From Phoronis australis (lineage: Eukaryota; Animalia; Phoronida): a stretch of 64,000 nt of DNA. This document shows positions 50,701 through 64,000 of this stretch, piece after piece. A program made the position numbers and the translations under genes. The stretch spans positions 580,414-644,413 of the forward strand of contig NMRA01000214.1 of the NCBI GenBank assembly GCA_002633005.1, given 5' to 3'. How positions within the stretch are numbered: position 1 is the stretch's first letter; each line of letters opens with the position of its first letter. A model generated the notes under the pieces. It was not told the origin of the DNA. It made no database searches and saw only the letters and a list, made by a program, of their open reading frames with translations.

Positions 50701-53700
50701 CTGGTTGTGTCGTCAGTACATTCTGTTCAAACACTTCACAGTTGATTCTAACATACGGATTTGTCTCAGGTGAGAATTTAGTTCTATGGATTAGCAACAG
50801 GGTCGCAAGAAGAAGACCTTTGTGCGTAACCAGCCTCCCGTTCAGTAACGCTAGGACCTCGCTAAAGAGCAAGACTTCGCGAGATTTCGTGAGAAATTGC
50901 CTGTGTATTTTAAATGAAAACACGTGACTTGGACTAGGTTTTAGCTAGGTCCTAGCGTAGGTCCTAGCGTCTACTGAACACACGCCTAGTTCCCGGGCAT
51001 CACAAGGTGACGTCACGAATAGCTTGTGAAGGCCCAGGTACAGGGCACTAGAACGATGGTTTTCATTGGCTGTCAGCTGGCAATTTTTAACCAGGAAGTT
51101 GACGTGCACATGCTTATATCCGGTGGGATCCCGCACAACTTGAGGGTCCTAAGATCACCTTGGTGAATTTAACGTGCGTTGACTTTCAAACTTAGTGAAG
51201 AATAATTGGCCATAATGACCAATGTTCGAGCATGCAGTGAAAACAATTGCTTCCAGGGGCATCCAGAACACCTCGGGTGTTTTCGTAACCTCAAATTTCA
51301 CCTAATAGGCGAACGCTGTGTGCACGTGTGCGGACTTCAGTTAGCACAATATTCTCAAGACTGATAATCACGTGAATTCCCATATTTTTGATCATGTTCA
51401 TCTCCGAGAGGATATTTGAGGCTACGAAAATATTCCAAGTGTTTCAAAGAAAAATTTGTAAATAGGAAAATAGCCGAGGTGCTCTAGATGTTCCGAGGGT
51501 ACATTTGTAGCTACGAAAATACCCGAGAGGTGTCCCAAATGGGCCCTAAGCTTTAGTTTTATACATAATCTGGTACTAGCAGGATCTCCACCTATTTAGA
51601 CAGTGGCTAAAAACAATGAAATTGTATCCTAATGTTACAAATGCACAATCTTTTTATAAGGGTTAATGCTATCAACTGAATCCTTTCGTAGTAATTCTTG
51701 GACAACTGTCTTTTTCACTCATTAAGCTTGAAGAAGTCAGCTCAGAGATTCCTGTTGCCAAAAAACAGTCTGGTGCCCAAAGTTTTAAAAATACTGGTAT
51801 CGTACTAAAACTCCTTCTGCAGTAGCAAAAGGTACCACTTGCAATGTTTTTAACTTCCAGAGTGAAACTCGTTTTATTCATGGGAAAAGTTTGCTTTGGT
51901 AGGGATTTTTTCAAGCTCCATTTTGAAGATAAACTGTTTGAGAGAAATAACCCAGCTGAGCGTCATGTCCTGTATAAACCTGAGGAAGTACCCGCTTGGA
52001 ATGGTTTAAGGAGAGTAATCTGAAAGCCCAGGGAAGGTGGAATGAACCCTATACCTAACAATGTGGGTTGAACATCTTGGAAGTACAAGAACAATTGTTG
52101 ATTTCAGAATGCGCTTATCAGATGGTGTCTTATGGGTTCCATATTTCCTTCGAATTAAACTCCTCAAAGGTGCTATGAATGAGTTGTATGTGAAAAAATA
52201 CATTTTGATCTGAACAACTGACCACTATGTACAGGAATTGGAATGACTAAAAGCAGAAAACTTTCCAGATGATCTATCGTTTCACAAATACGCTTGTGTG
52301 ATAAAAATATTTTTCGTGTTGTAAAATTTAACTAGCAAAAATAAATGTCTTTGCATGAATCAAGTAAAAATAATGATAAAAAGAAGAAGCTTGAAATCTA
52401 ATAAGAGGAAATAAAAACAAAAAATGGGAAATCCTCTTAAAAGAGGAAAATTCCAAGCCCTGTTTATATCCCTGTCTCAACTTGTTCCGTAGTGGACTTG
52501 GAAGAGCTCAAACTTTATTATTGCTCAAAGCCATAGTTATTTCACCAGGATTTAAGCAATAACAAACTATCAGTTCTACCAAGGCCAACATATCACATGC
52601 AATCGCAGTAAGGAGCAGTACAGGAGCACACACGTGAAGATTGACACCGGACACTAGTATCCAAATCCAACTGCTGGATATGCCAATCTTCATGCGAGCA
52701 ATTGTGATTAGATATTTGCTACTATATGGGCCAAAACAACATTGTTGGTACGAGACTAATCTTACATTGTTACATGATGATTCTAAAAAGAGGTTGGGTT
52801 AGTAGCAGCTTAAAAATGGTACACTTTGTGGATAAGGAACTTAAAAAGGGTTCATTTTTTCAACACAGTTTAGTACTGTACAGATGTTTTCTTATTCTCC
52901 ACATTGTATTTAAATGCTTTTTGCACTTAACAGATTCTAGCCGAGTTCCAACAAAAGTAGAATCAGAAAATAATAAAAATAATCTCGAGTAAAAAGTTGA
53001 AACCCAGGGCCCAGGTGTTGCTTTCATGGTCTATGCTTTCACAAGGCAGTGAATGTGCAACTTGAATGGCAGTCGGGTCTTTAATAACCTATTCCCTCAG
53101 CACCACTGGTGTAGTCAGAATTATTCAACAGAGGTTGCCAAACTTGAAATTGTTGGCGACCATTGATTGTGATTGTGATGAGAGGCAACCTGGAGGCACT
53201 GCATGAACAGGGGACAGGGAGAGGGGAGCTAGGCAAGCACAGAACTGGAATGAGTTTCTATCAGGGGAAGGGTCTGTAATGAAGAGGGGGTAGCCCTGTT
53301 ATGCGCCCCACGGCTATGTTAATACAAGACTTAGTACTTCAGTCTATCCCTAAACTAAAGCACATTTCTAATCAATACATCAGAAAAAAGGTCGCAGTGG
53401 TTAGATAAATTTCTTGACATGTTGTGTGATTTGAAGCCTATGAGTGTAATATTTCTAGGAACACATTAATGACGTCATGGTTTTAAATTTTGCCGGTGTC
53501 AACGTGAGGGTGTTTGCCAGAGCAACTGTTCTGAAGCAATTCACACTGCCCAACACTTGCCACGAGGAGGCCCCCTCAATAAGAGTCAAATTTGTAATTT
53601 GAAAAAAACTGTTCGAAAAGACCTAAATGTTGACTAAAATCAGTGCTGTATTATGTAGATCTTAACCACAAGAATGACACACTAGCATGTTTCTCAAAAC

Positions 53701-56700
53701 ACTGAGCAAAACATAATGGTAATAGTTTCTTAAAGGGGACCCCCACTTTGAGAACCAGTGTTTTCAACTGCATTACAGGAACCTGTTTTTCACTGAATAG
53801 CAGACATTAAAACTTGTTCTCAAAATGCAGATTGCCAGTGAGTGACTATTGCCTGGATAACAACCCAACCCATCAAACGCACAAGAAACTGCCAATTTGG
53901 GTTAAGTGACCCAACTTAATCTTTGAAGTACCCTGAGGTCCTAATTTTGAAATGTGAGATGTTTTTGCAACTAGTCATTTCAACGAGCCAGGTTTTTAAA
54001 TCCGCTTCCTTACAATGTCTTAACTCCAAAATGCTTTGATTACAGCGAACCTTAATATTTTCGGAATGTTTTAGAATGGTTCTGAGACATTGTTTTGCCA
54101 TTAGACTGAAATTAATAGATGATTGTTGCAAACTGCAACACTTGATATCATGTGAATATGGAAAGCAAAACAATGCAACAGTCGACAAGTCGGTGTCCAA
54201 GAGAGAGAGGAGACTTGTATAGATTGCATATGACCAAATGTGTCACTATGACCAGAGACTCAAGCATTGCAAAAGTCACCATGAAAGGGGTAATTTCCAA
54301 ATAAATTCCACACAAAAACATTTAATTTTTGGTTGGAACTGTATAAAATGATCCATTTTTGTACCAAAACCACTAAAGGTTTCATATACAACTGAGGCTT
54401 GTTGTGTTAAAAACAATACAGCCCAAAGAGCTTCTTGCTGAAATTCAATTCCTAGTAAATAATAACTTTACGTAATTATGTTATCAGAAAAGTTGACTCT
54501 TTCATTGAAGCTCTCACTAAAATGGGTCAGTTTTTAAGACCGTGCCAACAAAAGGGTGAGGTTTTATCTTGCTGATTATACAAAAGAGTGGGTATAAACA
54601 TAATTACATAGCAACAAACAACCTCCGAAATAATTGAATACTCCTTATGACTGTACGATGGCAGTCAAAGGCACTGCTGAATGGCACGGCCAAAAGCGGT
54701 AATGCCAGTCATTATAAAACTATTGCTAGACTGATTAATGTTTGCGTGTTTAGGACCGTTGACTGTACTTTTATGCTCCTAACTTAGTAGTGACATGTGT
54801 GCCAGTGTATTATGGAATGACAATGTCAATGAATAGCAGTATTTCAGCATATACCGCCGGAGGTCCTAAAGTCGTGAGTGCCCTAAAGTCGTGAACGATC
54901 TTCTTATCCGCTTCTGCGCGGTCCCGCGACATCTAGCGTTGAAGTTTCCAGCGTTCGTCTGCTTACGAACGTCAAACGAATACCGGGACATGTTGATATT
55001 CACAATATGATAATAAACAGTGAGTGAGTGGCTTCTATTTTCAAATGTATCTTAAAAGCAGCATATTTCACAAATCCACTTTTTTGTGCATGTTCAAAAT
55101 ATATTTTCGAAAATATACATCGTTCAGATTTGCTCAAACACGCGCTCCAGGGTTAGCTTGAACAATGTATCAAAATGCCCCAGGGTCGATCAAGTTTTGT
55201 AAAACCAAAGCAATAAAATACAGGGAGATAATTGATGCTGGGTTCTTAACGTTTTACGTAAACATCCTCATTGAAAACCTCTGTGCACAGCGGAATTGGG
55301 TGCAAAACACATAATACTTTATTTCAATTGAAACTGAAGTAATAAACAATGCAATGCGTTTTTATGTCGTCTAGAGTAACTGTAAGCACTGTAGTTGATT
55401 TGTGTTGCCTTACTTCGTGCATTTCCTTCTAAACGAAACGGTCACGACTTTAGGGCCTCATTCAACTAATGGCCGGCGATATAAGCGGCCCTTTCAAAAC
55501 TCTGCATACGGAGACAAACACTGGTTAAGACTGGAAAAACACGTATATTTGTGAAGGCTGATACATGTCCATGACATTACAAGAGCAGTTGCTAACGGAC
55601 ATTGGGTAGTATGACAATCAGCTGCTTTTCATGCTTATATCCATCAGGCATGACTTTAGGTCACCGGAGTCTAATCCTTATCTGACCCACTAGTTCAACC
55701 TTCACGGTGTATTCACGGGAGCTTATACAACGTACATGAACATTTGAACATATGAGTGCTCTGAAAAGGTCAAGACAATGTCCCGTCAGTGGCCGCGACG
55801 CACTCAGCCACTCCTTTCCCGTTATTCGGTGCTATCACAGTATGCCTAAAATGACTGTTGACTGTTTCGGGTGGCCTAATATGCCTATCTCTTCCACAAA
55901 TTATTTCGTAAAAAATCACATCACTTCAGAATCCAGCATAGTATACAAGATAATTATCATTAAATGTTTAGTATACGTTACTAGTGATGTATTCCTTGGC
56001 TCGTTAGCTTTGAAATCCGGAGTTTGAGGAAAACAGAGAGATTTAAACAGCTGTAAATCCATCGACATTCCTTCACTGGAAGTCGCCATGTTGATGATCT
56101 AGTTTGACCTATAATACAACTGACCAAAATAGAATGCCTTGTTTCTTGAAATCGGGAACAGCCAATGATATTCCAAGAAGACGCATCAAAAGTGCCCTAT
56201 AGTAGACCCCAACCAATCTCGTAAGTCTGTGCAGGAGACTACCTGCGTGCGCTGATTGTTTATCTTTGAGTTTCGAGATTTTGGTTCATGTCAGCTATTA
56301 TGCTTGAAACCGGGTAGTGCACAAATCTCTGTGTTCAACGCATCATCGGTCGAGGGATGTGGATAATGGATTTTTATGCGCCCACATATAAATATGTGGG
56401 CGCATATTGCCGTCATCTCTGTCTGGGCGTCTGGGAGTCCGTCGCCGTCGTCCGACGTCCGGCGTCCATAGCTGTATCTTCTAAGCCCCTCACAGGATCT
56501 TGATGAGATTTGGCAGTTGTGTTTCTATGAAGCTGACGACAGATGACGAATTTCGGACCTTTCCGACTACCGGTGTGCCCCCTATTGTCAATTTTATTTT
56601 TTTTACGCTGACTTCTGTATTTTCGGAAGTCCGACTCAACGTATTTTCATAAAATTGGAAATATAGGCATCTATTTTGTGAGATAATGCTATCCTCTCGT

Positions 56701-59700
56701 TTTCCGATGAATTCGACGCTGTTTGGTCCGCCTAGTGGCCATTTTTACTGTTTTCTAGTTTGTTTTTGGCATCCTTCCTGATATCAACCAAACCGCTCTA
56801 GGGATGATTGTGAAAATTGGCATGTATGTTTTTACTATTAAGATGATTTTCTAACGACTTCGACTACTGTGGCACCTCCTATAGGCAAATTTTTGCGCAA
56901 ATGGCTGTATCTCCTAAACAGTTTGCAGGATCGTTATTAAGTTTAGCAAGTGCATTTATATGATGTTGTCAATGCACGATGACCACTTTCGCACAGATCG
57001 AACTATCGGTGCGCCCCCTAGTTTTTACGTTAACCTCTGTATCTTCAAAGGTCCTCAACGTATTTTCATTAAATTTAAAATATATGCATCTATTGGGGGA
57101 GATGACGCTATCCGGCTACCGTTTTCGGATGGATTCGATGTATTTTGCGCCACCTAGTGGCCGTTTTTACTGTTTTCGAGTCTGTGTTTTAGTGTCCACC
57201 CTTCTATCAACCAAACCACTTCAAGGATGACTGAAAATTGGCATGTATGTTCTTGCTACAAAGAGGATGGCTGACGATGATTTTCCGACGACTTCGACTA
57301 CTGTGGCGCCTCCAAGTAGCATTTTTGTGCCCATGGGTGTATCTCCTAAACATTTGCAGGATCTTTACTAAATTTAGCAAGTGTATTCATATGATGTTGA
57401 CATCGGATGATGACGACTTTGGCACGGATCGAACCACCGATGTGCCCCCTAGTGGCAATTTTAGTTTTTTACATTTACATCTGTATCTTCAAAGGTCCTC
57501 AAGGTATTTTCATAAAATTTGAAATGTAATCGTCTATTGGTGAGATGACGCCATCCTCCCATTTTCAGATTGGTCTGAGGTATTTATATGAAGCTAACAA
57601 TAGACCACGACTTTGACTCGGACTCTGCGACTCCTAGTTGAAATGTCACTTTTTCTGTTTTCCTTTGTTTCTCTGAAGTTCCTTGACAGATTTTTATGAA
57701 ATTTGGTAAATACATGTAGCTTTCTACTAAACAAGCGATGGCATGTCTGCCTTTTAGATGGATTGGACGTTTTGCGCCATCTGGTGGCCATTTTTACGAT
57801 ACAAATGAGCAACTCTAGAAACATACCCTTTGTGGTGCATTCGTGAGCGCATTTCAACGCTCCACGTTGCTCTTGTTATATGAAAGTGTGTACTGGCTGT
57901 GAAGACGTTGGCAGTTAAAGATAACTACACCTTCTTGACTATTTAGACCTTACTTCAGTTTTTCAACAAATAAATAGTACTAAAATGGTATTTAGCCATG
58001 CGTTATTTAAAAACAATGATTTTTGGAAAGTTTGGCAGCACGGAAGTCTGTAAAGTTCAATTTAATTTTTTACATAAAGTATCTCATTACAGTTTGTTTC
58101 TGTACTTGCTTAAACGTTTTCACTTCAGGTCTCGGACTTGGCATTTCCTACACTCCAATCATTACAAGTATCGGATACTACTTTGACAAGTATAGGACTA
58201 TGGCTGCTGCCGTGAGCAGCATTGGTGCTGGTGTGGGCACGTTCGTTTTCGCGCTAATTACCCAGACTCTCGCGGACATGTACGATTGGAAAGGAGCCAT
58301 TTTGTTGATAGGTGGAATTCAACTACATTTGTGCATCTGCGGGGCACTGATTCGCCCACTCGAAGATGTCACTATTGAGAAGAAAACACTTAGGGAGCCG
58401 AAGGATGATACTTTTAATTCTTTGAAGGGAGTTGAAGTAGAGGAAAAGATTCACCAAGCAAGAGGCGATGGGAACCTGTATAAAAATGGTCAATTTTATA
58501 TTATTGCATTCAGTATCCTGTTTACAACCTTAGGACAATTCATTGTATACATTCACTTGTCGGCGTACGCGGTGACAGTCGGTACAACTCCTAACGATGC
58601 TGCGTTTTTGGCTGCAGTCGTTGGGATAACAAGCCTGATTGGACGTTTCGTTTTTTCGTGTTCCGCCACCGATGTCAAAATAGGAAGCTTGCTCATGTAC
58701 GCCGGCTCACTGGGTGTGAATGGCTTACTTTTGTTATTAACTCCGTTATTAATGCCGGAATATTGGGGACAACTAGTGGTCGCTTGCCTGTTCGGTTTCT
58801 ACGGCAACGGCTGGATTCCTTTGTTGACCCCGCTAAACGTGGACTATCTTGGACTCCATATGCTGACGTTAGCTTTTGGGGGTGAGATGCTCATGTCTGG
58901 GATAGGAAGCCTTTTAGGACCCCCTCTGGCGGGTAAGACTATTCTAACGTTTATCTTACATAGCTCAATAATTTAATCAGGTAAAAATTTTGCACCTGAG
59001 ATATCAGCATTTTAGACACCACCTTTTGAATAATTGCATTGAATATTTTTGAATTGTGCATATACGTCTTTTTCAAATTAGCCTTCAATCTTTTTCATTA
59101 GGACCATTTATTATTTATTGCAGACGACATTCTATGATTTCCGTGCAGAGGTTGCAAAATTTGGAATAGTCAAGACCAGCGCTGCAAAATCTAATGTGAC
59201 ACAAAACTGATATCTTTTTTGAAAAATTCTTTTTCAGCCGTCGCAGTTAAAGTGATGTGGCACGACATGAACAGTAGTTTTCTGCAGCCTCTAGAGTCGG
59301 TGCTTTGCAAAAGAAATCATGCCAGTCGCCTCGCTTCTCAGTCGCTCGTCTTGGCACTGCACAATGTCACGTAATCACCCAAGTATTGGTCGGTTTCAGA
59401 GAAGAAGACGGATATTCATCAAGCAACGTTAACTGTTTAGCTCGTAATTGTAAATTAGTCTGTCGTGATGTTGTGTGTGATACAATTAATACAGTGATGA
59501 CATTGCTGCGGTTTGCCGTATAGCAGCGGTTTGTAAATCATAATATATTTTCAGGATGGCTGTATGACACGACTGAATCGTACGAATACGGATTTTATCT
59601 TGCTGGTAAGGATTGGTGTACTAAAACCGGTATAGACCGTGTCCGGCATTAAGACCTTCGTCGTTTTTTACAGACGTTATTTACCTCGTGCTCATCGCGT

Positions 59701-61404
59701 TCCTAATCCTTTGTTTCAAGCTGTGACAACAAATTGGTCTGAAGCAATAACAATCAAACGAAACATGAATTGCATGCAGGCGATTTCTTGGACCATCCTG
59801 TATATACAGCAAGCACTTTTCCTGTTCAATTTTCCACAAATCCTTGACCCATATAAGTCTCCCAAGCTCGTAGAAAAGACATCTTTCTGCTTTCGTTAGC
59901 AAGGATTGTTAATGGGCCAAGGTGGAGGACGATCGCAGTGCTTACATTTTCACACGCTCTACTTGGCTAGGTTAAATAGCTAGATTGACATGTCAGATCT
60001 TTCCATTAACACACAGTCTGACTATTCAGTGAATACTCGAATCACAACCCGTGCCACCGCGTACATAATTATGAACTAACATACAGTATGCATCCTGACA
60101 AAAATCACGCAAGTTTCCCATGGTAAAAAGGTCAAAGGTCTTAACCTTTTTAACCTCATGAACAGGGATCCTGATACTGCTGAGTAGCGGTCTGATGATG
60201 ACGATTCCACTTCTCCCAAAGAAATCATCAAACGTGGAGGATGACATATCCAGTGAAGGAAAAGAACTCGACATTTTAGTGTAAGTCTCGTTTCAGCTAA
60301 ATGACAGGCCTGGGATATATAGTTTTATTTTCTGATACTTTTCTATGGTGCATTGTGAAAACATTTGTAAAACGATACGTTCACAAGTATGAAATGGATT
60401 TCGATCACGAAAAAATTCTATGCTGACACCATCACCGATCGAGTTCGGGCAACTCTACAGGTTCGCTAAGTTTAAAATCCACAGCTTTCTTCAAAGAAAC
60501 CATCCAGCTTCAGATGATGTAATTATATTCTCTGGAGATTAAATTGGGAAATCAGGCGTGGACTTGCCCATCATCAACATGACTGTAAATAATGGCGACG
60601 ACAACAATATTTTTTTAATTTTTAGTTCACCGGAATTGAAAAGTTGCTGACTTCGAATGTTGATCGGATTCCTTGCGGAAATGTCAACATATTTTGTTTT
60701 TAATTGATGAGCTCTCTTTTACAAATTCGCTGCTCGTTTTCAGGTCCACTGGGCTTTTCATTTTTCTATGATCACCTTGGTGCTGTCTTTACTCTTGCAC
60801 AACGTTCTTGCGTCTTTTCTTTGTGAATTCACAGTCAATGGAGGTCCCTTTCTCCTTCACTTTCTAGGTGACACGAATTGTTCAACATTGCTGGCTAAAT
60901 CGCTAGCGATATTTTTGTCGAAAGGCGATGAACAATTAAGCATATGCACAAATTGAAGAAGAAATGCTTAAAAAATCGTACCAAAATTGTTGGTAACCAA
61001 ATTCAAGCATTTGTGACCATAGCTCTACACTTTTGCTTATCAAGGCGTTATGCGCTGAGAAAAGTCTCAAGGAATGATGAATTGCCAGTTCTTTGCAAAC
61101 CCGGAAATTCCCCATCTGAGGACTAAGGAACAAGACGAGATCAACTTTATAGCGGTCATAAATAGTGTCAATCAAAAGTTCGCTTGCTGAATGAAACGTG
61201 GATTTGTTGCAGCTCGAAACGAAAGGTTAAACCCGTCTCGAGCGGCTGTGATTGAATTATAACTTCACTAAGAATTCAGTTGTGATTGAATTATAACTTC
61301 ACTAAGACTTCAGTTGGCCATTAGCGACTCGGTATTTTCGTTTCAGGAAGAACATAGCAGAGGAAACGAAACAGCAAGAAAAAAGAAGCTTAGATGGAAC
61401 TTAA
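47702..61404 (+). CDS. Monocarboxylate transporter (SLC16/MCT family, MFS), 6 coding exons, ~459 aa
   Basis: Exons 47702-47909 (MAAK..DRGYAWVVLLA, MCT TM1 motif), 50626-50769 (GPLSGALVNLIGFR), 58129-58932 (GLGLG..YFDKYRTMA..GAGVG..DWKGA..LGPPLAG), 59555-59605 (WLYDTTESYEYGFYLA), 60166-60280, 61347-61404 (..RSLDGT*). All GT/AG with phases compatible; 1380 nt. The last exon is less certain because read-through of the 60281 donor gives a stop at 60284. Paralogue not assignable by eye. Confidence 0.92.
49156..49586. mobile_element. Palindromic MITE with internal ACGAA(T)C-type mini-repeats, in SLC16 intron 1
   Basis: cagggttaccatagaattatacgcacgagcat ... atgctcgtgtgtatgattctatggtaactttg; repeat orientation flips near 49390. 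Confidence 0.75.
54852..55481. mobile_element. Tc1/mariner-pogo-like MITE
   Basis: TA-flanked ends TACCGCCGG..CCTAAAGTCGTGA / TCACGACTTTAGGG..CCGGCGATA. Confidence 0.7.
56371..57877 (+). mobile_element. Helentron-associated non-autonomous element (HINE/DINE-1-like) with internal ~432-bp tandem array
   Basis: 5' T-run plus hairpin tatgcgcccacatat-a-aatatgtgggcgcata, GTCC/GTCT-type microsatellite, central tandem units (tgtatct.ctaa at ~56473, ~56905, ~57338), 3' short hairpin and ...ctcttgtt end. Confidence 0.78.
61247..61314. repeat. 34-bp tandem duplication just upstream of the last SLC16 acceptor
   Basis: tgtgattgaattataacttcactaaga(a/c)ttcagt x2. Confidence 0.9.
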
Positions 61405-63291
61405 AGATCACTGAAGCGATGAAACTATGTAAACAAGGAGTGGAACAATACAACGAAAGAGCTTAAAGTCCTTCTTGCAAACTGCCCATGTGGTTCCAGT
61501 ATCCGAAAATACTTACAACATAAATTCTTATTTTCGACACCCTTTCTTTATATTCTTTTCGCCTTTCTTGCCAAAAGCGATTTTTTAACAGTATTTGACC
61601 CTTCTCTCTAAGCGTATGATTACTGGTTATCATCGGTTATTTCCGTACCCACATTTCCGGCTCATCAGTTCAGGAAGTTAACTTCTCCTGAACGCCGCCA
61701 TTTTTTCCTTGTAACTGAATGTGCTATGGCTTGCTCGAAAAGTCTTCATTATTTTGTTTTATTAGTAATATATCGTGATTCGTTTGCATATGTAGTGTAT
61801 TTATAGTTTATAGTTAGTGGTCGATGATTTTTTTGGAATGTTACGCGTACTTAGTATGTAAAAATAGCATTGGTGTTTAGTTCCTTACGTTGGCGGGTCG
61901 AACCTAGGAACCAATATGGGTCGAACCAATTCTTTTTCGGTTTTATTTTTTCCTCGTTTTGAAAAAGTACTTTGCTATCATCGGAAAGGTAGTACATTCT
62001 ACTCAGTAAAAATCGAAAAAGTATCAAAATCGGGGCAAGCACTGTAAAGTTATTGCAAGTTCTGTGGCGAAATTTGGGTCACTTTGTTTGGATCGCGTCG
62101 GCCATATTGGAGGACAGCGGGATGAGTTACGAGTTTAAAACTTCAAATGTGTAAATTGTTTTCGCCAACAAATTACGGTGAAATTTAGTAAGACATATCT
62201 TTACTTACTATTCTGCACGATTTGGCAGTGTTCACCAAATTTCAGCCTCGCTAAACAGGCATTTAGCGAATTATAAGGCAACTGCGGGGAAGGACTGCCT
62301 ACCAAGCGACATAATATCCAATGTGTGTAATAGGGAGTACGGGTTTTTAGTTGATTTCTGTTTTTATCTTTCAAAATTGACACCAGTGATGCATTAGCTG
62401 GTGCAGAACGAAGATTTGTTGAAATTATCAAAACCGGACTTAGTATCCCTTTAAGCGACTTTCATGACGTCGCTTTATAAAGATGGATAGTTCAAGGGTC
62501 ATGAAGCAGTCAGTGATAGATTTCAAGTTAATTTTTGTTTACTAACTTGCTAGATTCCTTTAATTTGTTATACGATTTGTTACTGTACATCGTTGTGCCC
62601 TACAAAACCTGGGTAAAAATGTTTTAGTTTCCAGGTTAACTGTTACACATTTATACGATTCACTGTACTTCGCTTTGTCATATGAAACCTGGATGAATGT
62701 TTTGCCTTCCAGTTTAACTGTTATAAGTTTGTTTGATGTGTACTGTAATAAACGATTCATAAAAAAGGCTCGACCTTCTGCATCCACGAGAAGTAAGCAG
62801 ATGATTGTGCGTAGATGGAGAGAGAATGAGTAATCCCAGTAATTAATTTGTTATATAAATAAAACAAGTGAAACCTGTTGTTAATTAGTTCTAAGTAATC
62901 TAACAATGAAGAAGAATAACTGTGGTAGCGCCCTCTGTAAGGATTACTTCAATTAATTCACGATAAAGAATCAAACGCCCTATCTGCTACTATCCAAGCT
63001 GTAGCACTCGATCGTGCTGGCAGTCTTTTTGGTGAATCTTCTAACACACACAGTATTGCGACAATGTACTAGTTGGTCACAGCACCTCGTGAAGCAACAC
63101 TTGCAGGCACAAGTATATGTTACTCCTCTTGCTGGTTACAGTCAGCTCTCTTGACGCAACACATGCAGGCAGTATCTTGCTACCCAGGATTCCTCTTGCT
63201 CGTCACAGTCCCTAGTGACGCAACACTTGAAAGCAGTATCCTAGTATTCCATGGGCGGTGCATCACTGTGGGCTGGAGGGGGGGGGGGGGT

Positions 63292-63385
63292 NNNNNNNNN
63301 NNNNNNNNNNNNNNNNNNNNNNNNNNNNNNNNNNNNNNNNNNNNNNNNNNNNNNNNNNNNNNNNNNNNNNNNNNNNNNNNNNNNN
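63292..63385. other. Assembly gap (N run) following a G-homopolymer
   Basis: 94 Ns. Confidence 0.99.
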
Positions 63386-64000
63386 TTTTTCGAACTTGTG
63401 ATGCACGACAGACGACCAAAACAAATATGGCTGTCACGTGGGCGGAGCTTAGCGTTGATCTATTGTCTGCTGTACTGGTGTGCCGACCAACATGTGTTGA
63501 TTGTTTATACGATTCATCTGAACTCTCCACTCAGTTTGTAAAAGACTCTCTAACTATATTACACAGACCTATTTGTTAGTATTCCAATATTATCATCAGC
63601 CAATATATGTGTTATATCAAATCGCCGCGTTACTGCCTACATAACAATATTGGCGACGATGATAAAGAACTACTTTCATAGCAATGGTTCAACATTTTTA
63701 CGTGCCTGTACCGAATGGACTTTGGGATAAGAAAATATCACTTTCTGCGCAAATAGCGCCGCGTGGGTGAGATTCTCAAGTTACTTTTAACTTAAAAGTT
63801 TCTTATATTGCTTTCCTCTAAAATCGTATAATATCATGAGTTTTAATTCAGGGTTACGTTTGAATCTATGCACTAGAAAAATTTTTGTTATGTTGAACAC
63901 TGGGTCATTTCTCCAATTCTTTGGGTTACGGTCAGTGGCAAGTTAAAAATCCTCTGGGTTTGACAGCCTAGTTTCTCCACGGCACGTTCCCAGCACAGAA

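Noticed and set aside
60480-61180. Possible decayed transposase in the last SLC16 intron
   Set aside because: Coding-like composition on the minus strand but no motif I could assign with confidence.
63073-63579. 168-aa ORF near the end of the window
   Set aside because: It spans the N gap and degenerate ~60-bp tandem repeats, with no protein signature.

Overview
Intron-rich animal genomic DNA, probably a marine invertebrate (inferred from the repeat content). Two spliced + strand genes can be fully reconstructed. The first is PRMT2 (SH3 domain plus type I protein arginine methyltransferase; 9 coding exons, 523-23874, ~415 aa). The second is an SLC16/monocarboxylate-transporter family MFS gene (6 coding exons, 47702-61404, ~459 aa). 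The main finding lies inside PRMT2 intron 2: a giant intronless, same-strand reading frame (6748-14777; ~2150 aa once a 1.57-kb haplotype-overlap assembly artefact at the N at 11068 is removed). It encodes Q-rich and P-rich low-complexity regions, four copies of an unnamed C2H2-like zinc module, an acidic tract, and a C-terminal TatD-family domain that has lost several metal ligands. It opens with a strong phase-0 splice acceptor in frame with the PRMT2 SH3 exon. The locus may therefore swap the methyltransferase for a Zn-repeat/TatD module by alternative splicing. Intergenic and intronic DNA holds a deleted Ty3/gypsy LTR element with TSD, two decayed Academ transposons, a Helentron-associated (HINE-like) element, several MITEs, a LINE fragment and microsatellites. 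All calls were made by eye with no database searches.
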